The notes under the pieces: generated by a model
What the model was told of the DNA's origin: nothing
The model's database searches: none
The model's input: the letters and a program-made list of their open reading frames with translations, nothing else
Shown here: positions 36,130-45,165 of the stretch, in pieces
Position numbering within the stretch: position 1 is the first letter of the stretch
How the letters are laid out: each line of letters begins with the position of its first letter
From: a virus
Reading direction: 5' to 3' (one strand)
DNA length: 64,000 nucleotides
IMG/VR virus record: IMGVR_UViG_3300041955_000531
Made by a program: the position numbers and the translations under genes

Positions 36130-37501
36130 TGGCAACCTCCGGTTGATTGAACTTCTCCACAGCTTTATTGTACTGCTCTGAGAACAAAATCTTGATATGT
36201 TCTGCCGCGTCTCCAACGACAGGATCTAAGATATGATCAGGTCTCGGGAACTGCTGTGCATCCGACGACCACCGCCCTGTAGCAATAGTAGTCGCCTTGT
36301 CCCCGCCTTTTCTCTTTTCCAGATCGCCGGACCCCAGTTGATTAAACTCAGGGTGCAGACGACCATCAGTAGTAGACCTACGAGCAAGCATCCTTTCGCC
36401 ATAAGTTGAAATGATCTTGGTACACTCAGTGTACTCTCCTAAGAGATCAGCGAACTCCGTCTCTAAGGCAAGAAGTGTCTCCCTCTTAGTATCCTTTACT
36501 TCAAAGCCCATCTTGTGAAGAGCTCCCAACTTCTTGGTAGCTGAGTTGATATCAAACTCTTCCATTGTATCAGGCAGGAGGAAGTTACGCTTCTTTCCTG
36601 CCTTGTCGAGGGCATCATCATAAATCTGCATGGCTTTATCCCTGATGCTCTTCGCCTTGGCGCGCCAGTAATCTAGCGTGGACTCAATGCGCTGATCATC
36701 AAGATCAAAGCCCGTCAGCTCTGCGTCGGCCGTGCCAGCCATAGCACAGAACTCTATTTGAATCCTTTCCCACATCCCAGGATGCTTCTTGATTTCCTTC
36801 AGCTGCTCTTGCTTGATTGGAAATAGGAGGAAGACGTCACGGGCGGCGTAGTAAAGGTGTCGGTATTGTAATACGCCAGACATGTTAATAAACTCGCGAC
36901 GGACAGCTTTGGAGATGAGATAGTGTGGAGGGTATTTCTCCGATAGTTCTTCAAGACCGACCTGAACTCCATATAAACCCGCCGTGAGTATTTGCTCTGC
37001 CAGCATCGTATCGTACAAGCTGGGGATGTATACCTTGGTTTTATCATCGTAGTGATAGTTGATGAAGTGGACTCCATACTTAGCCAGGCAGAACTTGAAG
37101 TCGTACACTCCGTTCTGGGTTAAGAAGAGCCTGTCTTCATCCTCCAGGATTCCCTTAAACTCCGGTACCAGCTTTGGTTCAATAAGGTAAACCATCTTAG
37201 GAGTACCCAGCTGGAATAGAAGCATGCGGGACGATGGCGAAAGCGGGTCCAGTCCATCGCGTTTATTATCGCCCCCAGTTTCAGAGTCGATACCAAGTTC
37301 TTGTTGTTTGGTAAGCCACGTAAGCGGTGCAGATAGGTCATTCTTAGAATGTACCTTGGTGATGTCCGAATCCGGAACCGCTCCTTCTCCAATGGATCCA
37401 TTTATCCACTCCGGTGTGCCAATAACATGGAAGGGAACATCAATGTGCTCCTCAAGTTGCTTGGACGTTATCGTCTGGAACGCTGGCTTCTTGCTTGCCA
37501 C
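36116..37501 (-). CDS. polA: family-A DNA polymerase, N-terminal subunit (3'-5' exonuclease plus thumb)
   Basis: ExoI IDSET; ExoII QNGVYD; YDTMLAE; ExoIII YAARDV; GRLHPEFNQ; ATGRWSS..QQFPR; likely GTG start at 37501. Confidence 0.9.
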   Translation of the reverse strand: MASKKPAFQTITSKQLEEHIDVPFHVIGTPEWINGSIGEGAVPDSDITKVHSKNDLSAPLTWLTKQQELGIDSETGGDNKRDGLDPLSPSSRMLLFQLGTPKMVYLIEPKLVPEFKGILEDEDRLFLTQNGVYDFKFCLAKYGVHFINYHYDDKTKVYIPSLYDTMLAEQILTAGLYGVQVGLEELSEKYPPHYLISKAVRREFINMSGVLQYRHLYYAARDVFLLFPIKQEQLKEIKKHPGMWERIQIEFCAMAGTADAELTGFDLDDQRIESTLDYWRAKAKSIRDKAMQIYDDALDKAGKKRNFLLPDTMEEFDINSATKKLGALHKMGFEVKDTKRETLLALETEFADLLGEYTECTKIISTYGERMLARRSTTDGRLHPEFNQLGSGDLEKRKGGDKATTIATGRWSSDAQQFPRPDHILDPVVGDAAEHIKILFSEQYNKAVEKFNQPEVASGKK

Positions 37502-38006
37502 AGATCGCCTCGTGTGCTGCTGTGATTTCGGGCAACTTGTTGCCCAAGAAACTGAAGAGCTCACCCAACTGAGGACCGACAGTCCACGTCTGATAGAGCG
37601 GATGCTCATAGATATCCAAGGATGAAGACAGACTGAATGATGGCACGATCAGGAAGCCCAAGAGCTGACCACGAGTAATCAAACGGGTACAGCACTCATA
37701 GACTTCGAAGTTCAAATGGAAACGCCAGTTAAACTTCTCTCCAATCTTGATGCCGATCAGATAGACAGTATGTAGTGGAACATGTGGCGCCACTCCGAAA
37801 GGGAGTATCTGTTTGTAGCCACCGCCCCACATAGTAACCTGCTTCTTACTCTCTATCTGCTTCAGAAGTACACTACCGTACCCGCTATTGCTAGTAATGT
37901 TGATATTCAGAATAGTGCAGGCTCTCCATGCATCCTTGGACCAGGAGGCATGTTGCCAAACAGCCTGTCCGATGTGATACCCTGCGAATGGTTCTTTATC
38001 TGGCAT
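37452..38006 (-). CDS. hypothetical protein
   Basis: GAGGAG SD. Confidence 0.6.
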   Translation of the reverse strand: MPDKEPFAGYHIGQAVWQHASWSKDAWRACTILNINITSNSGYGSVLLKQIESKKQVTMWGGGYKQILPFGVAPHVPLHTVYLIGIKIGEKFNWRFHLNFEVYECCTRLITRGQLLGFLIVPSFSLSSSLDIYEHPLYQTWTVGPQLGELFSFLGNKLPEITAAHEAICGKQEASVPDDNVQAT

Positions 38007-38680
38007 TGCTCCTCATAATAAGGACAGACAGCCCTGAATCCCTGTTGAGTATATTCGTCCACCTTCTTTACGATGTCGTCGAATGAATCTTCATCCCATG
38101 ATCCTATCACAGGATAGACTCCATCGCAAGACTGATAAATGATTGTTCCGTCCGGCTGGACGGCAATCCGAGTGGGAGCTATATACCGTGGTCTCATGCA
38201 CTTAACAGTGCACTTCACTTGTTCTCCAGCAAGTCTTCCCATAGGGAGGATTTGGGTGTCTGGGGTTTTAAGCCGCACCATGGTAGGATAAGTGTTCGAT
38301 AGATATTCAAGCATTGCAGGATCTTGAAAGGCGCGATGCTGATCAGTACCAGAGACGAACACCTGGACCTTGTACTTAAAGGCCCAGAGCATGAACGCCG
38401 TAGTAGCGACAAGGTCTTTGCTCCACGTTCCATTGGTAATGCAGAACCTGGGGACTCGAGTATTGGTACGCTCAAGGATAATAGAGTTCTCTTTCAGAAA
38501 CAGAGATGGCTCTCCTCCATAGATTCCAATGCCATTGATCATGTGCCAACGGACAGTCTTCATCCAACTGTGATGCTTATCCAAGTCCATCCGATCGTAG
38601 ATCTGAGGACCTGAAGAGTACATACAAAAGGAGCACGACAAGTCGCACTGCTTACTGTACATGAAGCTCAGGTCAAACAT
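37907..38680 (-). CDS. radical SAM protein with Twitch/SPASM-like C-terminus
   Basis: CDLSCSFC; GGEP; TNG; IAVQPDG.IYQSC. Confidence 0.85.
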   Translation of the reverse strand: MFDLSFMYSKQCDLSCSFCMYSSGPQIYDRMDLDKHHSWMKTVRWHMINGIGIYGGEPSLFLKENSIILERTNTRVPRFCITNGTWSKDLVATTAFMLWAFKYKVQVFVSGTDQHRAFQDPAMLEYLSNTYPTMVRLKTPDTQILPMGRLAGEQVKCTVKCMRPRYIAPTRIAVQPDGTIIYQSCDGVYPVIGSWDEDSFDDIVKKVDEYTQQGFRAVCPYYEEQCQIKNHSQGITSDRLFGNMPPGPRMHGEPALF

Positions 38681-38696
38681 CTGACCTTCTTGGTAC

Positions 38697-39518
38697 TCAG
38701 GAGGCCTGTCCTGCCTCAGGATCTTCACCATTGTCGTCCCTCTTATACTGGCGATTGTAAACCTTAAGGCCAAGGTAAGTCAGGATTTCACTTGGCGCCG
38801 AGGCGATGGGAATAAGGCGAAGCATTTGATGGGCAGAAGTATGGACTTGAAGTGTGGCAGTACGATCTTCCATACTACCATAATAGTCCTTGGCCTGCCA
38901 TTTGGTTTCCTTCCAGACCTTTTCAGGATCCGGAATGACATAATAGCACCAAGGTCTCTTCTGACCCTTGTGGTACACAGCAAAGATCTTAGCCTTGCCA
39001 TCAAACTGTTCGTTCAAGACGCCAGTCATGATAGGTTCTTTCATCTTGACAGCATCATTCGCAATCAAAGTAAAGACTTGGGCAGGTATCATGTCGCATT
39101 CATTGGCGACCATGGTCGACTCTGTGTCGCTCTTAAGGGTGTAAGTCCAGTCTTTGCAACCCTTTTCAGGCTTGCGGCAGCCAGCAACAGTATACTTACG
39201 CCAGTCACGAGCGCCACTCTCTGCCCAAACGACGTCGTTAAGCTTGAAAGGACTTAGCCGTTCTGGCTCTTCCTTAGGCTTCTCTTTCTTTTTCTTGGTC
39301 ACCTTCTTCTTTTTCTTGATGACCTTGATTGGAACAGGCTTAGGCTTGATCTCGTCTTCGAACTTCTTAGGAGGTGGCGTAGACACAGTCACTTTCTTGG
39401 CGCCCACCTCATTGACGAAGTCCTTCATCTGCCCAATCATTATCAGAGGAAGAGAATATCCTCCAGAAGGTACTGGCGGCCCAGGAATAACAGTTGGGTC
39501 TTGCTTCTTCTTAGGCAT
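38697..39518 (-). CDS. hypothetical Lys-rich protein
   Basis: ORF track; TAATG coupling. Confidence 0.65.
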   Translation of the reverse strand: MPKKKQDPTVIPGPPVPSGGYSLPLIMIGQMKDFVNEVGAKKVTVSTPPPKKFEDEIKPKPVPIKVIKKKKKVTKKKKEKPKEEPERLSPFKLNDVVWAESGARDWRKYTVAGCRKPEKGCKDWTYTLKSDTESTMVANECDMIPAQVFTLIANDAVKMKEPIMTGVLNEQFDGKAKIFAVYHKGQKRPWCYYVIPDPEKVWKETKWQAKDYYGSMEDRTATLQVHTSAHQMLRLIPIASAPSEILTYLGLKVYNRQYKRDDNGEDPEAGQAS

Positions 39519-40369
39519 TAGTCCAATGGCGTCAACTCTGACGTCTTATAGGATCTTGTGTGAGACAAATGCCAGTGGTCATCACTGTAACCATGCCACT
39601 GGCCCACTCTGAAGTGACCTGTCACTTCTTTCTTGGGCTTGAACCCATACCTGTAATAGAACTGTGCGATCGGCATCTCCACACGATGTGGGACGTTGTC
39701 CTCGTAGCCTCCATAATAATAGGAAGGCTTCTTGTACAAGTTCGCCGTCTCAAGCAAGTCCATCAACGTCTTGTTGTACATCAATGGGAACTCAAACCAT
39801 ACTTCTTCCACAGCCACCTGTTTGCCAGACGGAGTCCGGCACATAACGAAGTTGCGAGGGAGAGGAGGCTTACTATTTACCGAGAGAGGCGCCGGCTTTG
39901 CACCAAACAAGAACCTGGACGTGAAAGCATCCAGATTGTCTGGCATGTGTCCATCCTTGATCATCTGCGCGCGATGGCGCCGCTCAACTTCAATCAGACC
40001 ATGCTCCCTAACTGCTTGAAACTTCATCAGTTGTATGTAGGTATCACGGATCTGAGTACACACTGTATCGCGTGTCTGTTCTAGGAGCAGCATACCCTTA
40101 CGGGTTCGAAGCTCCTTGTCTGTCATACCTTGAACCTCTAGTAGATCCTCTTCGTCCGCCTTCAAGACGACGTCCGTTACAACAGTGTGAGAATCCTTGC
40201 TCAACTGACTCCACTTCTCATGAATAGAGTTCTCGCCCAACGGCTCCTGCAAATGAGAGAGCTCCCAAGCCTTCTCATTCAATAGGTGCAGTGTAGGATA
40301 AGTATCCTGCTGCACCTCCTCTATTGGCTTCATAGCTGCAAGCCAGTTATTGATCCGCTCGTTCTTCAT
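39518..40369 (-). CDS. hypothetical protein
   Basis: ORF track; ATGA coupling. Confidence 0.65.
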   Translation of the reverse strand: MKNERINNWLAAMKPIEEVQQDTYPTLHLLNEKAWELSHLQEPLGENSIHEKWSQLSKDSHTVVTDVVLKADEEDLLEVQGMTDKELRTRKGMLLLEQTRDTVCTQIRDTYIQLMKFQAVREHGLIEVERRHRAQMIKDGHMPDNLDAFTSRFLFGAKPAPLSVNSKPPLPRNFVMCRTPSGKQVAVEEVWFEFPLMYNKTLMDLLETANLYKKPSYYYGGYEDNVPHRVEMPIAQFYYRYGFKPKKEVTGHFRVGQWHGYSDDHWHLSHTRSYKTSELTPLD

Positions 40370-41439
40370 CTGCGGTCTCCAAAGAATAGATACTCAGATG
40401 TCATGTCGACAATCGTTTTCGATATCGTCTCGAGGTCAGGCGTAGCTGGTACCTTAAACTGTTCAGGTGGAATACCATCGATCTTTGCCACCATTTCATC
40501 GGCGTAGCCTACCACCTGCTCATAAGTCCAAGTACCAGCCCGTATAGAAAGGAGGTCCTGTGCGTCGGGACGGCGAACCATAAGATCGCCTGTGGTAAGT
40601 ATCTCATAACCACAACGAAGCAGGCGGACCAAATGCATAGCATGCTTAGTGTCATACCCAAACCGTATTTCCGTATCATGCCGGTCAGGGTTTCTTTCAG
40701 CCATCCAAGTGACATATTGATCCCTCTTCTTCTTGGCTTCATCGTACAAATGCTTCTGGAACTCCCACGTCTGGTCAATGTTGCCATTGAACATACGAGG
40801 TTGACCAAGCTTAAAGAACTTTTGATCGTTCCTATCTGGGCAAATGATATTGGATGTCTTGAAGATCTCGAGTGCTTCGGCCTCGGGCATCAAAGGAGGA
40901 TCCGGTAACCCAGACCACATCTCCTTCACACGTTCCAACATGTTGTCGCCAAAGCGCCAAGCAACCCACTGTTCCGTAACCTTCCCTTGACGTACCAGAG
41001 GCTCCAACTTAGCCATGTCATCCATCTCTTGCTGTAACCACTTGGTATGCGTACGGATCCGATGGAGCTGAGCCTTGGCATACCCAACGAACGTCTTCTG
41101 GCACCGCTGACTCAAGAACCGATGACGTATCTCCCTGAGCGCCGTTGCTTCAGGTAAGCATAAGAGAACATCTCGCGGATCGACGAAGAGCAACTCGAGC
41201 ACGTTCGGGTTATTAGCAACTGCCAGCGTTGCATACTTCCTAAGCGAGTAATAACTGAGGTCGTCTTCTGCTTGCTCCGACAACAGGTCGAAGGCTTGCA
41301 ACCCAAAGTAGTATTCAATGGGGGGAATGAAAATACCAGCAAAGTCTTCATCAGACGTAGGGAGATTAGTCCCGTAGGCATGGCTTCCACACCTCACTTT
41401 GTAGATCAGGTTCTGATCTGCTATTTCTCTTGCGTTCAT
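40366..41439 (-). CDS. Pol-beta superfamily nucleotidyltransferase (RlaP/YcgL-like)
   Basis: GSHAYGTNLPTSDED; NNPNVLELLF; GYAKAQ; YDTKHAMHLVRLL. Confidence 0.85.
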   Translation of the reverse strand: MNAREIADQNLIYKVRCGSHAYGTNLPTSDEDFAGIFIPPIEYYFGLQAFDLLSEQAEDDLSYYSLRKYATLAVANNPNVLELLFVDPRDVLLCLPEATALREIRHRFLSQRCQKTFVGYAKAQLHRIRTHTKWLQQEMDDMAKLEPLVRQGKVTEQWVAWRFGDNMLERVKEMWSGLPDPPLMPEAEALEIFKTSNIICPDRNDQKFFKLGQPRMFNGNIDQTWEFQKHLYDEAKKKRDQYVTWMAERNPDRHDTEIRFGYDTKHAMHLVRLLRCGYEILTTGDLMVRRPDAQDLLSIRAGTWTYEQVVGYADEMVAKIDGIPPEQFKVPATPDLETISKTIVDMTSEYLFFGDRR

Positions 41440-41597
41440 GTGAACAGCTCCTGGATCTTAGGTACCAATCGCTGTACCATCTCATTGGATTCACTCACTA
41501 CATTGTTCAGCTCAATCTGCTTCATACAGTAGACAGATTTATGAGCAGGCTTACCAGAGATCTCTGATACCTTACCTGTCTTAACCTTCAACCGCAT
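41436..41597 (-). CDS. small hypothetical protein
   Basis: fills gap; ATGA coupling. Confidence 0.4.
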   Translation of the reverse strand: MRLKVKTGKVSEISGKPAHKSVYCMKQIELNNVVSESNEMVQRLVPKIQELFT

Positions 41598-41610
41598 GAA
41601 CAGCTGAGCC

Positions 41611-42213
41611 TTAGGTACGCTTTTCGAGGACTTTGTCGGCGATGCCATATTTGACTGCCTCGTCAGCCTCCATAATGTAGTCACGATCGCAATCGATATG
41701 GATCTTCTCCAGAGGCTGGCCGGTATCCTGAGACAGATACTTCTCGATCTGATCTCTCATGCGGCGGAGCTCCTTGGCTTGAAGTTCCACGTCGCTTTGC
41801 TGTCCGCCACCACCACCAGACCACGGTTGGTGGATCAGAACGCGCGTGCTAGGGAGAACATAACGATGTCCCTTCTCGCCGGCAGTCAACAGAGTAGCAG
41901 CCATGGAAGCACACTGTCCAAACCCAATGGTATGAACAGGGGGCCGAATCAGCCGCATCGTATCTCTAATCGCCAACCCTGCGGTGATATCACCACCCGG
42001 GCTATTGATATAGAGCATGATCGGCTTCGTCTTGTCTTCCTTCTCGAGGAACAGGAACTGAGCCACCACGATCGCCGCGGTGTAGTCCATGATCGGGGTA
42101 CCAATCATGACAATCCTTTCCTTGTTCAACAACGAGAAGATGTCATACACCTTGATACGGTTACCATCACGTTCCTCAACCATTGGAATCGTGAAGTTCC
42201 GAGGGGTCTCCAT
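41611..42213 (-). CDS. clpP: ATP-dependent Clp protease proteolytic subunit
   Basis: YDIFSLL; LYINSPGG; CASMA (Ser); IHQP (His); DRD (Asp). Confidence 0.95.
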   Translation of the reverse strand: METPRNFTIPMVEERDGNRIKVYDIFSLLNKERIVMIGTPIMDYTAAIVVAQFLFLEKEDKTKPIMLYINSPGGDITAGLAIRDTMRLIRPPVHTIGFGQCASMAATLLTAGEKGHRYVLPSTRVLIHQPWSGGGGGQQSDVELQAKELRRMRDQIEKYLSQDTGQPLEKIHIDCDRDYIMEADEAVKYGIADKVLEKRT

Positions 42214-42532
42214 ACTTGGTCTCCTTGTCTTCTTTCGCTTGCCTTGCTTCACCAGGCGATAAAATCTGGACGAAGCCTACCTTACCACGCTTCCTGGGCT
42301 GTACGATCCAGGCAACCTTCTCCATCTCTTTCAGGGCTGTAGTCTCCTTAGCCTTGTATTCATTGCACTTACAGACAGGCCATGTAATGTAAAGACCATT
42401 GATAGGTGCATTGCAATACACAACCTTATGTGCTTGGCTATATCCCTCTGTCACCTGAGAGTTAATGCATCCATCACAGAGGGAATCTCCATCACCTGTG
42501 GTTCCATTATGAACTTTAAATCGGATGGCCAA
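42176..42532 (-). CDS. hypothetical Cys-containing protein
   Basis: ORF track. Confidence 0.6.
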   Translation of the reverse strand: MAIRFKVHNGTTGDGDSLCDGCINSQVTEGYSQAHKVVYCNAPINGLYITWPVCKCNEYKAKETTALKEMEKVAWIVQPRKRGKVGFVQILSPGEARQAKEDKETKYGDPSELHDSNG

Positions 42533-42884
42533 GTTGCTTCTCCGCTTCGTCGGCGTATAGATTCAACACTGCGGCGATCTCCTGGGCATTGTCCAGGTAC
42601 ATTGCCACCCTCTTGCCCGACTGGAAGTAGAGATAGCACAAGAGCTCGAGCAGATCATCCTTAACCTTCTTGTCGGCGGCGCCGCAAGTAAGCAAGAGAT
42701 TAGCAAACTTCCTGTAGTCGGCAGATCCTAACCACTGTGTATGCTGACGCTTACCACGCGGACCTTCGAATCTGATCTCGCAGTTCTTGTAGTCTATCTT
42801 CTGACCATACGAATAGCCAGTGTAAATACGACAGGTGCCAGGCACTCCATCCTTACGATTGATTTTGATAGATTTCTGCGGCAA
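42516..42884 (-). CDS. hypothetical protein
   Basis: ORF track. Confidence 0.6.
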   Translation of the reverse strand: MPQKSIKINRKDGVPGTCRIYTGYSYGQKIDYKNCEIRFEGPRGKRQHTQWLGSADYRKFANLLLTCGAADKKVKDDLLELLCYLYFQSGKRVAMYLDNAQEIAAVLNLYADEAEKQLGHPI

Positions 42885-43548
42885 GAGACACCACCTTGTC
42901 TACATCTAAGTACTGACGCTTGAAACGATCGAGGCACTTAATGACTTTGTATTTCTTATCGAGGTTATCCGGCTCTCGAAGTAGCGCCGCTGGGTGCGGC
43001 AAGCAGTAAACAGCTTTACCGGGCAGCACAGTAGTGGCATACCAATGGCCCATGTGACTGGTATCCTTTGGATCTCCCCCAAGTAAGCACTGAGCGGCTG
43101 ACCAGCCCATAGTGACAAGCACCTCGAGATTCGGCATTGCCCTGAGGATACGGAGAGCTCTATTAGGGAAACATACCGCGAGTTCGTCCAGCTCAGGTTC
43201 ACGTTGGCTTACCTCCCCGTCTTTCTTCTCGACATCCGGCGGCTTACACTGGACGACGTTGATGACAAGGCAGTCGGAGTTGGTGTCAAGGTTGATGTAC
43301 TTGAACCACTTGTCGAATAACTTGCCGGACTTGCCAGTAAGGGGCTTACCTGTCTCCATCTCCGTGGGACCAGGCATGATAGAGACCGCAGCGATTCGAG
43401 ACGTCGGATTCCCACGCCAGACAAGCCCACGATTCTGTTTGGCTTTCTGGCAATGTCCCAACCGGCAATCATAACAAGGAACCGATAAGTCTTTAATGAC
43501 TGCCAGAACGTTTTCCTTCTCAAAGAGATCCTCTCCGAAGTCTAGCAT
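42853..43548 (-). CDS. family-4 uracil-DNA glycosylase-like Fe-S protein with divergent motif A
   Basis: CYDCRL; PGPTE..TGKP..GKSGKL; NVVQCKPP; ELAVC; HPAALLR. Confidence 0.85.
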   Translation of the reverse strand: MLDFGEDLFEKENVLAVIKDLSVPCYDCRLGHCQKAKQNRGLVWRGNPTSRIAAVSIMPGPTEMETGKPLTGKSGKLFDKWFKYINLDTNSDCLVINVVQCKPPDVEKKDGEVSQREPELDELAVCFPNRALRILRAMPNLEVLVTMGWSAAQCLLGGDPKDTSHMGHWYATTVLPGKAVYCLPHPAALLREPDNLDKKYKVIKCLDRFKRQYLDVDKVVSLAAEIYQNQS

Positions 43549-43823
43549 CAGACCTCCCGATCTAGATGACCACTACTAGCTAGTTGTCTAGCTACTGTCT
43601 CTGCGATCTCCACTTCAAATATGTTCCTGATTTCAGGTCCGTCTTCTCTCTCAATAGGTGTCAGATGGAACAGCTCTTTCGGAGAGACAACGTACAGCTC
43701 CGTGCCTGCTGGCAGCGCCAGCTCGACACGAATCTCGCCGTTCACTTCACGAAGTCCTGTGACTCTATAGTAGCCGGTATTATAGCGAACAACGGCTCCA
43801 AACTTCACCTCATTCAGAAACAT
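43548..43823 (-). CDS. hypothetical protein
   Basis: GGAGG SD. Confidence 0.6.
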   Translation of the reverse strand: MFLNEVKFGAVVRYNTGYYRVTGLREVNGEIRVELALPAGTELYVVSPKELFHLTPIEREDGPEIRNIFEVEIAETVARQLASSGHLDREV

Positions 43824-44202
43824 TTTGCTTGGCCTCCAGCTTCTTGGCCTTCTTCAAGTCCTGCTTAACTTCGTCTTCATCGAAGAGCTTAGGGAACTCA
43901 TGCCGATGATTGATCCAGATCCAATGAAGGTCCCAACTGTCGGTCTTCCTCTTCAGGAGAGTGCCATACATATAGCGAACCATGGCAGCAACCTTCTGCC
44001 AGGTCGCAATAGTCTCCTTGTTTACCTTGTCGTCCCACGACAAAGGCTTACCGTGCTCATCCAAGTAAGGTCTCTTCGTTGGCTTGGTAATAGCCTTGAA
44101 GATCTCAATCAGCTGGTCCTGCGGCATAGGTACATTGGACTTCAAGTACCAGTCGCAGAGGCGCCACATCACCATGGCTTTACTTGGCATGGACAACTCC
44201 AC
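43810..44202 (-). CDS. hypothetical protein
   Basis: ORF track. Confidence 0.6.
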   Translation of the reverse strand: MELSMPSKAMVMWRLCDWYLKSNVPMPQDQLIEIFKAITKPTKRPYLDEHGKPLSWDDKVNKETIATWQKVAAMVRYMYGTLLKRKTDSWDLHWIWINHRHEFPKLFDEDEVKQDLKKAKKLEAKQNVSE

Positions 44203-44395
44203 TCAGCTTCGGGTTGTTGAGCTCCCTTATCTGCTTCTGCAAGGTAAGATACTCAGTATAGTTCTTGATATGAGCTGGGCCGGAAGTGTTTCGCACTACC
44301 TCGGCCAGCTGATCCAACGTCATGGGAAAGGTTCTCCTGGTAAGAAACCAACTGAGAAGCCTCTCCTCAACAACAATGGAGTGTGGTCGTGACAC
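44180..44395 (-). CDS. hypothetical protein
   Basis: ORF track. Confidence 0.5.
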   Translation of the reverse strand: MSRPHSIVVEERLLSWFLTRRTFPMTLDQLAEVVRNTSGPAHIKNYTEYLTLQKQIRELNNPKLSGVVHAK

Positions 44396-44401
44396 AACCC
44401 A

Positions 44402-44692
44402 TCAGGCCTCCTTCTTGAACTTACGTAGATCAACCTTCTCGTTGTTGATCTCAACATACCGCACCGCAGCCTCAGGATAGATACGATTCACAGGCTTAGC
44501 TTTGCGTGTACCACGCTCAGCCGGGTCCCAAGGTCCGCTCTTTGGCTTATAGTCTTTCGTTACATGAATACCTTTGACTTCAAGCCAACTATTATGGAGA
44601 GTCAAGACGGCCCTGAGATAGACATGCTCTCTGGCATAATCACTACTGTCTCTCAAGACTATCTTGACTTTAGCAGCAGCTCGATTATACAT
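44402..44692 (-). CDS. hypothetical protein
   Basis: TAATG coupling at 44692. Confidence 0.6.
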   Translation of the reverse strand: MYNRAAAKVKIVLRDSSDYAREHVYLRAVLTLHNSWLEVKGIHVTKDYKPKSGPWDPAERGTRKAKPVNRIYPEAAVRYVEINNEKVDLRKFKKEA

Positions 44693-44865
44693 TAGAAGTG
44701 CACCGTGCTCTTTCCTATTGGGCCTTGCTGATAGGACTGCCAGATTGATTCTCTCATGTTCGCGCGCAGCATCCAACCTAGATACATGGCGAAGGAGCCG
44801 AGCACGAGCAACCAGAAATCCTTACTTCGAAGCTTCCACAGAATGAACTGTAGGATATGCTTCAT
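44692..44865 (-). CDS. small membrane protein
   Basis: hydrophobic segment FWLLVLGSFAMYLGW. Confidence 0.5.
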   Translation of the reverse strand: MKHILQFILWKLRSKDFWLLVLGSFAMYLGWMLRANMRESIWQSYQQGPIGKSTVHF

Positions 44866-45022
44866 CCTTATCCTCCTCTGCCTTAATGAAACGCCAGATG
44901 TCTTTGAGGAACGGATCGATAATGCTAGGATCAAAGATACCTGCACAGCAGATAATGAATGCACAAATAAGCCCAGCTACAAATCTGATGGGCATACCTG
45001 CATAAACGAAGAAGGTTCTCAT
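44822..45022 (-). CDS. small membrane protein
   Basis: hydrophobic segment; AAGGAG SD. Confidence 0.5.
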   Translation of the reverse strand: MRTFFVYAGMPIRFVAGLICAFIICCAGIFDPSIIDPFLKDIWRFIKAEEDKDEAYPTVHSVEASK

Positions 45023-45165
45023 TTCTTCTCCTTCAGCTCAATCAAGGTATGAAGAATAGCAAGGAGGATCTTGCATGTGAGCAGGCTGGCCAGGAAACTT
45101 GGCCCTCCTTCTACATACCCCCAGTACTCCTTCTTCAGTTCTGAGTACTCTAATAGGTTACTCAT
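45019..45165 (-). CDS. 48-aa hypothetical protein (MSNLLEYSELKKEYW...)
   Basis: translated by hand; ATGA overlaps at both ends. Confidence 0.5.
   Translation of the reverse strand: MSNLLEYSELKKEYWGYVEGGPSFLASLLTCKILLAILHTLIELKEKK

Noticed and set aside
35554-36241. Group I intron or split intein explaining the polA break
   Set aside because: No C/S...HN intein termini, no terminal G at a frame-restoring splice position, no space for a ribozyme core, and the downstream ORFs have their own SD sequences.
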